From Patescibacteria group bacterium (GTDB lineage: Bacteria > Patescibacteriota > Minisyncoccia > Phycocordibacterales > SBAW01), in the NCBI GenBank assembly GCA_019752125.1, contig JAIEMM010000007.1, forward strand, positions 1 through 61,654: 61,654 bases of DNA. Reading direction: 5' to 3'. Below, in pieces: positions 55,003 through 61,654 of this stretch. The notes below the pieces were generated by a model that searched no databases, was not told the origin of the DNA, and saw nothing but the letters and a program-made list of their open reading frames with translations. A program made the position numbers and the translations under genes. How positions within the stretch are numbered: position 1 is the stretch's first letter; each line of letters begins with the position of its first letter.

Positions 55003-55353
55003 ATGAACAGGAACTTGGCTGTCTTGATACTTTTAGTCGCCGGACTGGTTTTGTACGGATTCGCCAATACTCCAACTCAGCCCAATACTCAGACAGCCTC
55101 TGTAGGCTCTTATAACGAGTCCGTTGTCACAAACCCGACCTCTGACACCCGTACGGATACCCAAACAGATGCCGAGGACAGTCCTCGGTGTAATCCAAAC
55201 TATTCTGGTTGTCTAAAATCTGACGCGAGTGATTATGACTGTGCAGAAGGTTCTGGAGATGGTCCGTACTACACGGGCCCGGTTCGTGTCATCGGCTACG
55301 ACCAATACGGACTCGACAGAGACCACGACGGCTGGGCCTGCGAAAAAAATTAA
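55003..55353 (+). CDS. Exported protein with C-terminal Excalibur-like Ca-binding / Cys domain
   Basis: Signal/TM, Thr-rich linker, CNPNYSGC...DYDC...GLDRDHDGWACE. Confidence 0.8.
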   Translation: MNRNLAVLILLVAGLVLYGFANTPTQPNTQTASVGSYNESVVTNPTSDTRTDTQTDAEDSPRCNPNYSGCLKSDASDYDCAEGSGDGPYYTGPVRVIGYDQYGLDRDHDGWACEKN

Positions 55354-55361
55354 CCAGACAA

Positions 55362-55380
55362 GGGGATTGACGACTTCCCT
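55362..55380 (+). promoter_or_regulatory. 19-nt promoter repeat copy 1 (contains -35 TTGACG)
   Basis: GGGGATTGACGACTTCCCT identical to 55548-55566; -10 TAATTT 16 nt after -35. Confidence 0.75.
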
Positions 55381-55423
55381 GTTCGTGGTAATTTGATTCT
55401 AGTAATTAACTGAGGAGGGTTCT

Positions 55424-55504
55424 GTGGGTCCTGACCATCTTTTGATTTGTGGGGCGGTAGTCGTCGCAATCCTTATCATAATCGCTCGTGCCCGTGAGTC
55501 TTAG
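55424..55504 (+). CDS. 26-aa hydrophobic peptide; accessory cassette
   Basis: SD GAGGAGG; GTG start; MGPDHLLICGAVVVAILIIIARARES; terminator 55507-55534. Confidence 0.55.
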   Translation: MGPDHLLICGAVVVAILIIIARARES

Positions 55505-55547
55505 CCGGCCGCCTTCTCCAGGCGGTCTTTTTTTATGTGGCCATGCG

Positions 55548-55566
55548 GGGGATTGACGACTTCCCT
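55548..55566 (+). promoter_or_regulatory. 19-nt promoter repeat copy 2
   Basis: Identical to 55362-55380; -10 TATTGT 16 nt after -35. Confidence 0.75.
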
Positions 55567-55613
55567 TTCTGTAGTATTGTGTTTTGGCACCATGTAACTG
55601 GAGGGCAAGACAA

Positions 55614-56015
55614 ATGAGCACGTTCAAGAATATCGAAGACATCGTGAAGGCGGATTTCAAGAAGGGTCTGAAGCTTCTGGACCGGGTCATGCCGGGCTGG
55701 CGCGCCAAGGTCAAGAAGCCCGTCAGCATCAGCGACGCCGCATCCTGCCCCATCGCCCAGATCACGGGCTCGAACTTCTTCCACGCCGACCTGGGGAAGT
55801 TCGGCTTCGACCCCGACACCGTCGCCCAGTTCAAGGACGTCTCGCTGAAAGGTTCCGACAGGGTTGCCCGCCAAGAGTGGGCGTCCCAGTTCGGCTTCTC
55901 GACCGGTGAACGGCACCAGAAGAACGAAAGAGGCCACTGGTGCCTGAGCACGCTGGGCTACGCGACGGAGATGTTCAACAAACTCTGGAACACGGAACTC
56001 GGCTTCACCGCCTAG
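55614..56015 (+). CDS. GC-rich hypothetical protein (133 aa), phage-like; accessory cassette
   Basis: SD GGAGG; about 63% GC in sampled line 55741-55800; LLDRVMPGW...C..AQ..G motif. Confidence 0.75.
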   Translation: MSTFKNIEDIVKADFKKGLKLLDRVMPGWRAKVKKPVSISDAASCPIAQITGSNFFHADLGKFGFDPDTVAQFKDVSLKGSDRVARQEWASQFGFSTGERHQKNERGHWCLSTLGYATEMFNKLWNTELGFTA

Positions 56016-56034
56016 ATCGCGTCCCAACAGCCAC

Positions 56035-56067
56035 AAAGGCTTCTCTTTCGAGAAGCCTTTTTCTTTT
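56035..56067. terminator. Bidirectional terminator
   Basis: AAAGGCTTCTC-TTTC-GAGAAGCCTTT. Confidence 0.85.
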
Positions 56068-56094
56068 ATAAAAACAGGGAACTGACTCCCCTAT

Positions 56095-56388
56095 CTACCA
56101 AAAAAGATTTCCGGAGGAATAGAATAAAGATATGATGACATACGGCGCGACTATCACCACACTCTGTAGAGCACTCAAGCTCTTTCTTTTCAAACAAAGC
56201 CAAACTAGGCCTGCAGAAATACCGCAGATCGCTATCAATACAAGATCTATTAAACCGATGACCATATACGAAGTGCTCATGGCACTGTACGCAAGGGCAA
56301 GAACAGCACCTGGTGCAAGTATGTACACTATATAAACCACAACAATACTGTGGACGGCGGCAAGAAAGGTTAAAATCCATTTAGACAT
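56095..56388 (-). CDS. Small 3-TM membrane protein (97 aa)
   Basis: MSKWILTFLAAV...; TATAAT 6 nt before ATG. Confidence 0.65.
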   Translation of the reverse strand: MSKWILTFLAAVHSIVVVYIVYILAPGAVLALAYSAMSTSYMVIGLIDLVLIAICGISAGLVWLCLKRKSLSALQSVVIVAPYVIISLFYSSGNLFW

Positions 56389-56460
56389 AGGATGATTATA
56401 AGGCACTAGTGTAAAAATCTCAGCTATTGACGAGATTAGAATATATGTTAGTGTGCGGCG

Positions 56461-56582
56461 AGTCCTGAGGTGAATCTGCTGCCCCAAACAGCCGAGACTA
56501 ATCTGACCTGTTCCTTTCCATTTCCACGTTCCTGGAGCAAGTTGGTGTCCCTTAGTCTTCACCTCAGGACAACTTCTTTTTT
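56461..56582 (+). ncRNA. Candidate structured small RNA of about 120 nt
   Basis: TTGACG-16-TAGTGT promoter (56427-56454); 13-bp closing stem 56462-56474/56558-56570; inner stem AGACTAA/TTAGTCT; 3' U-tract. Confidence 0.55.
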
Positions 56583-56640
56583 GTGATATCGTAGGCATGC
56601 ACCAAGAGTATCCTTAAGAGATACAAACGGAGGGCTGGAG

Positions 56641-56793
56641 ATGTCCAATTCATCAGAGGGTTCCAACAACCGCTATTTCCTGCACGGTTCCAGTTCGCAG
56701 GATTTGTGGCTGAAGAGGAGCGAGTCGTGGCTGTTCAGTCTGGCCGTGCTCGGTATCACCGCTCTGGTCTCGCTGATCATCCATCAGCTTTAG
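56641..56793 (+). CDS. 50-aa peptide with C-terminal TM; accessory cassette
   Basis: SD GGAGG; manual translation MSNSSEGSNNRYFLHGSSSQDLWLKRSESWLFSLAVLGITALVSLIIHQL; terminator 56792-56848. Confidence 0.6.
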   Translation: MSNSSEGSNNRYFLHGSSSQDLWLKRSESWLFSLAVLGITALVSLIIHQL

Positions 56794-56896
56794 ACCGCCC
56801 AGGTTTTCAATACAAAAGCCGCCCCTCATCAGGGCGGTCTTTCTTTTTATGTCTGTCCCAGGTAGTGTATTCAAAGTCTGTTCCCTGGGGGGTGTC

Positions 56897-57046
56897 ATGG
56901 TTCGATTTGCAGCACTCTGCCTATTTCTGCTGCTACTCAACTTCAACTTCTACTATGTTGTGAGCCAGGCCGGAGTGAGGAGAAACGCCACCGTCACCGG
57001 CAATTTTCCAGAGATTCTCGCGGCTATCATCGTGATCCTTTACTAG
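56897..57046 (+). CDS. 49-aa two-TM peptide; accessory cassette
   Basis: G-rich SD; MVRFAALCLFLLLLNF...EILAAIIVILY; terminator CTGCCA/TGGCAG at 57047-57068. Confidence 0.55.
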   Translation: MVRFAALCLFLLLLNFNFYYVVSQAGVRRNATVTGNFPEILAAIIVILY

Positions 57047-57066
57047 CTGCCATTTTTGGCAGTTTT

Positions 57067-57504
57067 TTATTTTCCAGCAGTGGCTAGAAGTTTGGCGTTT
57101 TGAGTTTTACCCCAGCACGGCTTGGACGAGTTCCAAGGAGTAGTTCCTTCTTTTTCATATAAGTAACGAGCGTAGGCCATATTTCCTTCAAGGGTATATA
57201 TGTCGTACCCAAGCTTCTTTGATGTGGCTAGGTGAAAGTCTTCGTTGACCTGCATTACACCGACGTCGCGGTTATTCTGCTTGCCACGATATATCTCCCC
57301 TTCTTTGTCGAATTGGCGGAAGTGAGATTCGCACTTAGAAATATCCACCATAACGGGGATATCGTAGAAGTACGCTTCTACCTGGTCGCGGATGGTCTGT
57401 GCCTGCGGAGCAATCCCCAAAGTCGGTACAGAAGGGGTTGTCGAGGCAGGGGTGGCACCTAGCGCTGATGAGAGCGCCAGAGCGAGGCCAAGAGCATAAG
57501 GCAT
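57067..57504 (-). CDS. Exported lysozyme-like / SLT transglycosylase-fold protein
   Basis: Signal peptide; ISKCES (catalytic Glu), DVGVMQVN, NMAYARYLY..EG..PW...CW. Confidence 0.8.
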   Translation of the reverse strand: MPYALGLALALSSALGATPASTTPSVPTLGIAPQAQTIRDQVEAYFYDIPVMVDISKCESHFRQFDKEGEIYRGKQNNRDVGVMQVNEDFHLATSKKLGYDIYTLEGNMAYARYLYEKEGTTPWNSSKPCWGKTQNAKLLATAGK

Positions 57505-57698
57505 GAATGAATTTCCATATAACGATAATTACTAAACCCGGGAACGAAAAAGGCCGGCTCGACCGCCGACTTAAAGACTATGATGCCCGTTTCAAAAGAG
57601 TCGGTCAATCGAAGAGCTTGACAAGCCCATCTATATACCCTTGTCTCCAAAAAACCCTTATTTTACAACGTATTTAAACAAGCACCGTAGCCCAAATA

Positions 57699-58301
57699 TT
57701 AAAGCCAGGGAATTTCGTACTGGTCAAACTCTGGAAGCAGTTTTTTGTCGTAGAGCAGGCGAGAAATGACTTCCGCATGGCTTTTTGCACCCGTTAGGGC
57801 GTTGTGAGGCTTAGGTTCTTCTGGAATACCGCAATAATTAAGCACCGCATCCAGGTTGAGCTTGGAGTGATGTTTCTCAGGATCAACTGGGGGAGTCAGT
57901 CCCCTCTTTATCATGTGCATGTAACACAAGGTGTGGGTGTCGATAGTACGGTGAGCAAAGGGCCAGTCGGTATGACCTGCGCGCTGCGCCCCAGCAGCTA
58001 GAAAGTCGCGGTCGTAGGAAACGTTCTGGCCTGCCAAAGTCCTTTCCTCGAGAGTTTCGGCCCAGACCTTAAATTTATGGATCAAATCGGCCTCAGACTG
58101 CTTGGCAGGGTCAGTTGCTTGTTCCCTGCTAAAGCCATTTACCTGTAAAGCCTCCTCTTCTATATGGGCCCCATCCCAAACGCGGCATTCTTCATAAAAT
58201 TGGTTCTCCGGGTGGTCCAAATCTAAGGCCCCCACGCTTAAAATCGAGTTCTTCTGGGCATCCAAGCCGCTACCTTCAACATCTACGATAAGCATTGCCA
58301 T
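57699..58301 (-). CDS. DEDDh 3'-5' exonuclease (DnaQ-like)
   Basis: IVDVEGSG, AGQNVSYDRDFL, HNALTGA (Exo I-III; last Asp appears replaced). Confidence 0.85.
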   Translation of the reverse strand: MAMLIVDVEGSGLDAQKNSILSVGALDLDHPENQFYEECRVWDGAHIEEEALQVNGFSREQATDPAKQSEADLIHKFKVWAETLEERTLAGQNVSYDRDFLAAGAQRAGHTDWPFAHRTIDTHTLCYMHMIKRGLTPPVDPEKHHSKLNLDAVLNYCGIPEEPKPHNALTGAKSHAEVISRLLYDKKLLPEFDQYEIPWL

Positions 58302-58333
58302 AGTTTAACCTATCTGGTACTATCTTTCTACAT

Positions 58334-58609
58334 ATGGCATCAAAGAAGGCGGGCGGAACAGCGAAAAACCTAAACGACTCAAATGCAAAATATTTGGGCG
58401 TTAAACTCTATGCAGGTCAACCAGCAAAGGTTGGCGACATTATCGTACGTCAGCGCGGCACCGCAATGGTCCCTGGTAAGAATGTAGGCCTTGGTAAAGA
58501 CCACACTCTCTTCGCGCTTATCAACGGCGTTGTCGGTTTCCGCAATGTCCGCAAGATAAACTTCAACGGCAAGAAGGCCGTTCGTTCAGCGGTAGACGTT
58601 ATCGCTTAA
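58334..58609 (+). CDS. rpmA: 50S ribosomal protein L27
   Basis: [31 protein letters not shown]. Confidence 0.97.
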   Translation: MASKKAGGTAKNLNDSNAKYLGVKLYAGQPAKVGDIIVRQRGTAMVPGKNVGLGKDHTLFALINGVVGFRNVRKINFNGKKAVRSAVDVIA

Positions 58610-59019
58610 CTTCTAGCCCATCTCTGGGCGAGAAACACAGACAGCGGAACCAGTGTTGTTAACTGGAGCAATGGAGAAAGGCCTACGTGAAAAAGCGTGG
58701 GCATTGCTGTTGTATAGGCCCATGTATGCAGAGCCATTGCTTTATATTCAACCAGCAACGCAACAACAAACCCGCCAACTCCCAAAGCAGCGTAGTGGCG
58801 TATATACCAAGGTCCGACCTCGCCAGAACATAGAACCACAAACGTGGTAATCAACACTGTATACAACACATCTCCAGAGGTAGCCCAGAGAATGAGTGGC
58901 CAGCCACTCCCCAACTGCTCATACCCTGTATAGAGAGGCAGGTGCAGATACTCCCAAACCAGGTTAAAGGCAAAGGACAGAGCAACAACGGCTGCTATAA
59001 ATTTACTTGCTATGCGCAT
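58606..59019 (-). CDS. Hypothetical membrane protein (4 TM)
   Basis: [12 protein letters not shown]...GD; VEYKA..W.Y..MP...GLSPLLQ. Confidence 0.75.
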   Translation of the reverse strand: MRIASKFIAAVVALSFAFNLVWEYLHLPLYTGYEQLGSGWPLILWATSGDVLYTVLITTFVVLCSGEVGPWYIRHYAALGVGGFVVALLVEYKAMALHTWAYTTAMPTLFHVGLSPLLQLTTLVPLSVFLAQRWARS

Positions 59020-59386
59020 CGAGTTTTTTCTCGATAGAGTCTAGGCGAGCGATCAATATCTTGAGATCTACTGTTTCTGAGCGCAACTCTTCTTCTGTCT
59101 TTTCAACTACTTTCTTCTCGTGTTTAAGGCCTGAAAGAATGATGTTGTCACCGATAAAGAATGAGACGAAGAGCCCTGTAGGGAGCATGATAAGAGCTCC
59201 TATGAGCAACGACGGTAGTCCGAAGAGTGAAGGATAGTATTCTGCAGTCTCCCACACACCCTTCCAGAACAGCACGATGCCTACGCCGCCAATAAAAGAA
59301 TAAATTAGTGGCCTACGGCTCAGACGACCTCGAACATGATCTTCCAACTTATCGAAAAAATGATTGACTCTCTGATATGCATTCAT
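59003..59386 (-). CDS. Hypothetical membrane protein (2 TM plus coiled coil)
   Basis: DKLEDHVRGRLSRRPLIYSFIGGVGIVLFWKGVW. Confidence 0.75.
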   Translation of the reverse strand: MNAYQRVNHFFDKLEDHVRGRLSRRPLIYSFIGGVGIVLFWKGVWETAEYYPSLFGLPSLLIGALIMLPTGLFVSFFIGDNIILSGLKHEKKVVEKTEEELRSETVDLKILIARLDSIEKKLDAHSK

Positions 59387-59403
59387 AGGTAGCTCTAGTA
59401 TAC

Positions 59404-59850
59404 CTATATTCCAGCCGTAATGGTGAGGACCATTTCCACACCCACATTCTTTCCCATAACCTTAAACATGTGTTCTCCTGTCGTTTTTATAGGGCCCGTA
59501 AGCTCAATGGAACCTTCTGAGATCTGGAGCGCATGCTGACCTAAAATAGCCTTTGCAATATCCTTTTCAGTAATACCCTTAAACAGCCCGCCTTTTTCTG
59601 TAGCTTTTGCTGAAATAGAGATGGTTTTGCCTTTAAGTGACAAAACTTTTTTGTTAACGACCTCATCTTCTTTTCTTTGAGCTTCTCGAGCGGCCTCGTT
59701 TTGAGCCTCTATCTGTTTTACTTTCTCGTCAGTAGCAGGTTCAGCAAATTTATTCTTAAAAAGAAAATTTACCGCGTACCCATCGGCTACGTTTTTAATC
59801 TCGTGTCGCTGCCCAACGCCACGTACATCTTTAAGGAGAATTACTTTCAT
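59404..59850 (-). CDS. rplI: 50S ribosomal protein L9
   Basis: [37 protein letters not shown]. Confidence 0.96.
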   Translation of the reverse strand: MKVILLKDVRGVGQRHEIKNVADGYAVNFLFKNKFAEPATDEKVKQIEAQNEAAREAQRKEDEVVNKKVLSLKGKTISISAKATEKGGLFKGITEKDIAKAILGQHALQISEGSIELTGPIKTTGEHMFKVMGKNVGVEMVLTITAGI

Positions 59851-59851
59851 A

Positions 59852-61063
59852 TTAGTTCGAGAGATAGAGGATAGCCGCGTTCAACTGAGCGTCATCTCCA
59901 GCCTGGACGGCTGCGCGGGTTGTCGTCGCATGGATATCAGGTTGCAAACCACCGTCTGAGATGGAGTTTCCGTTTGGAGTCAGCCAACGAGCAATAGTAA
60001 CTTTGAGTTGTGCCCCGCCGCCTAAGTCCATAAGCTCCTGTACTGAGCCTTTGCCGAAGGTGCGCGTTCCAACAAGTTTGGCTACACCGTGTTGCTGAAG
60101 AGCGCCTGCAAGGATTTCTGACGCCGAAGCAGAACCCTGGTCTACCAATACAGCCATCTTAAAGTTCTTGTTCCCTGCAAACACGTTATAGCCTAGGCTA
60201 CGATGAGAGACATTTTCTTGTTTGCCTTTAAAATCTTCTGTAACAATAACGTCCCCCGTGGGCAAGAAATAACTTGCCATTTGAACAGCTGCATCGAGGT
60301 AGCCGCCCGGGTCGCCACGTAGGTCGAGAATAAGTTTTGTGTCACCCGACTGTATAAACTGACGCAATGCGTCGCGGAAGAGATTAACTGAGTTTTCTGA
60401 GAAGCTATAGAGTGTGATTTTAAATATGCCGCCATTCAACTTCTCCGTATCGATAATAGGGATGTTGATAGTCTGGCGCGTAAGATTAACTGTAAAAGGT
60501 TTGCCTGTACCGCGCACAAGCGTAAGGGAGACTGGCGTACCGATAGGTCCACGGATTGTTTTTACTGCCTGGTCAGACGTCATCATTTCCGATGACGTTG
60601 CGCCGATAGCAACGATAATGTCCCCAGTTTGAATGTCAGCCGCTGCTGCAGGGGTTCCCTTGAGGGCAGAGACGGCAACAAGCTGACCTTTGGAATTATT
60701 ATCGATCTGCAAACCGATACCACCAAAGGAACCGCTAATATCTTGCTGGAATATCTGCGCGTCAGATGGAGGAAAAAAGACAGTGTATGGGTCGCCAAAG
60801 CTTGATGTTAGCCCTGCGATTGCTCCGTAGAGTTGTTCTTGTGCAGTAGGAAATGAGCTTGAGGCATGAGTAACGACGAAATTTTTATTGAGAAGTTGGT
60901 ATGCTGCCCAAAATTGGGTCATATCTACATCTTCTGGTTGCACGCCCGTTACAGCATATGTAACTGCCGCCGACACGCTTTGCTGATGTATGACTGTTCC
61001 AAGATAGAACGCTGCCATCAACGCCAATACCACTCCTGCTGCCTTCCATTTCTGTGTCGTCAT
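59852..61063 (-). CDS. ctpA: S41 family carboxyl-terminal processing protease
   Basis: [36 protein letters not shown]. Confidence 0.95.
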   Translation of the reverse strand: MTTQKWKAAGVVLALMAAFYLGTVIHQQSVSAAVTYAVTGVQPEDVDMTQFWAAYQLLNKNFVVTHASSSFPTAQEQLYGAIAGLTSSFGDPYTVFFPPSDAQIFQQDISGSFGGIGLQIDNNSKGQLVAVSALKGTPAAAADIQTGDIIVAIGATSSEMMTSDQAVKTIRGPIGTPVSLTLVRGTGKPFTVNLTRQTINIPIIDTEKLNGGIFKITLYSFSENSVNLFRDALRQFIQSGDTKLILDLRGDPGGYLDAAVQMASYFLPTGDVIVTEDFKGKQENVSHRSLGYNVFAGNKNFKMAVLVDQGSASASEILAGALQQHGVAKLVGTRTFGKGSVQELMDLGGGAQLKVTIARWLTPNGNSISDGGLQPDIHATTTRAAVQAGDDAQLNAAILYLSN

Positions 61064-61125
61064 ATATGCCCACAGTATAGCACTTTAGTAATAATTGGAA
61101 AAAATTTTGATGCTATAGTTTATAC

Positions 61126-61654
61126 ATGATCACACGATACGTGCAGAGAAATCTCACGTGGATAGACTGCGCCTCCCCTACCGCGGCTGAGGTTCGCAGC
61201 TTGATGCACGAGTTCGACATTGACCCTCTTATTGCAGAAGAGCTCCTCCTCCCTTCCTACAAGCCCAAAGTAGAGAAAATGGGCAACCTTATTTATGTTA
61301 TTTTGCACTTCCCTACGCTGCGCAATGGTCGGCAGACGCCTGAACAGGAAATCGATTTTATTATCGGCAAACATTTTCTTATAACAACGCGATACGAAAA
61401 TATTGATCCTTTCCACACTTTTGCAAAAATATTTGAAGTTGAGGCTCTGCTCAAGAAAGAAGCGCATGCTACCCACGGAGGCCATCTATTTGTTGCACTG
61501 GTGCGAAATTTATACCAAGCAATAGAAACCGGCTGCACTACAATGCATCGCCGCCTTCGCGACATTGAAGAGCGTGTTTTCAGCGGGGACGAACGCCGTA
61601 TGGTTGCAGAACTTTCTCAAGTAGGCCGCACCATCCACGACTTCCGCCAGTCGA
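61126..61654 (+). CDS. corA: CorA family Mg2+ transporter (3' truncated by window edge)
   Basis: Manual translation MITRY...TWIDCASPT...FDIDPLIAEELL.PSYKPKVE...VILHFP; frame open to window end. Confidence 0.8.
   Translation, partial: MITRYVQRNLTWIDCASPTAAEVRSLMHEFDIDPLIAEELLLPSYKPKVEKMGNLIYVILHFPTLRNGRQTPEQEIDFIIGKHFLITTRYENIDPFHTFAKIFEVEALLKKEAHATHGGHLFVALVRNLYQAIETGCTTMHRRLRDIEERVFSGDERRMVAELSQVGRTIHDFRQS

Noticed and set aside
56433-56456. TAGAATATATGTTA resembling the centre of Bacillus dif
   Set aside because: Flanking arms match neither Xer half-site and are not inverted; the sequence is explained as a promoter spacer and -10
53535-57068. Integron with attC sites
   Set aside because: No integrase, no consistent RYYYAAC/GTTRRRY boxes, and cassettes have their own promoters and mixed orientation
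59404-59850. Presence of L9 as unusual for CPR
   Set aside because: L9 loss is reported for other CPR groups (Microgenomates, Saccharibacteria, WS6, WWE3); Parcubacteria generally retain it

Overview
Chromosomal segment of a Patescibacteria (CPR) bacterium, most likely Parcubacteria, using genetic code 11. The assignment is inferred from gene content: short AlaRS, archaeal-type ND-AspRS, short ATP synthase epsilon, a DUF5671-type protein and L9 present. Housekeeping genes include atpG/D/C, ychF, leuS (with an inserted NUDIX domain), mltG, mnmA, rlmH, ung, pepO, alaS, infA-rpmJ-rpsM-rpsK-rpsD-rpoA-rplQ-rplM-rpsI, grpE-dnaK, dnaJ, trpS, aspS, pepA, scpAB, dacA-mraY-ftsW-murG-gltX, rpmA, rplI, ctpA and corA. 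They lie almost all on + up to about 53.7 kb and mostly on - after about 57 kb. No rRNA, tRNA, CRISPR array, integrase or transposase was found. Four layers are not explained by this annotation. (1) A probable replication terminus: a symmetric 11-6-11 dif-like site at 54829-54856 in a gene-free gap where gene orientation converges, with at least 12 GGGNAGGG (KOPS) octamers, all on + and all to its left. (2) About 15 small, often GC-rich single-gene cassettes, typically with their own promoter, Shine-Dalgarno site and terminator, densest around the dif-like site; many core genes instead have a -10 box 6-10 nt before the start codon and look leaderless. (3) Several families of short palindromic elements inserted in frame in core proteins, two with compensatory stem changes between copies. 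(4) Two candidate structured non-coding RNAs with their own promoters and 3' U-tracts. All calls come from manual reading; no database searches or folding were run.
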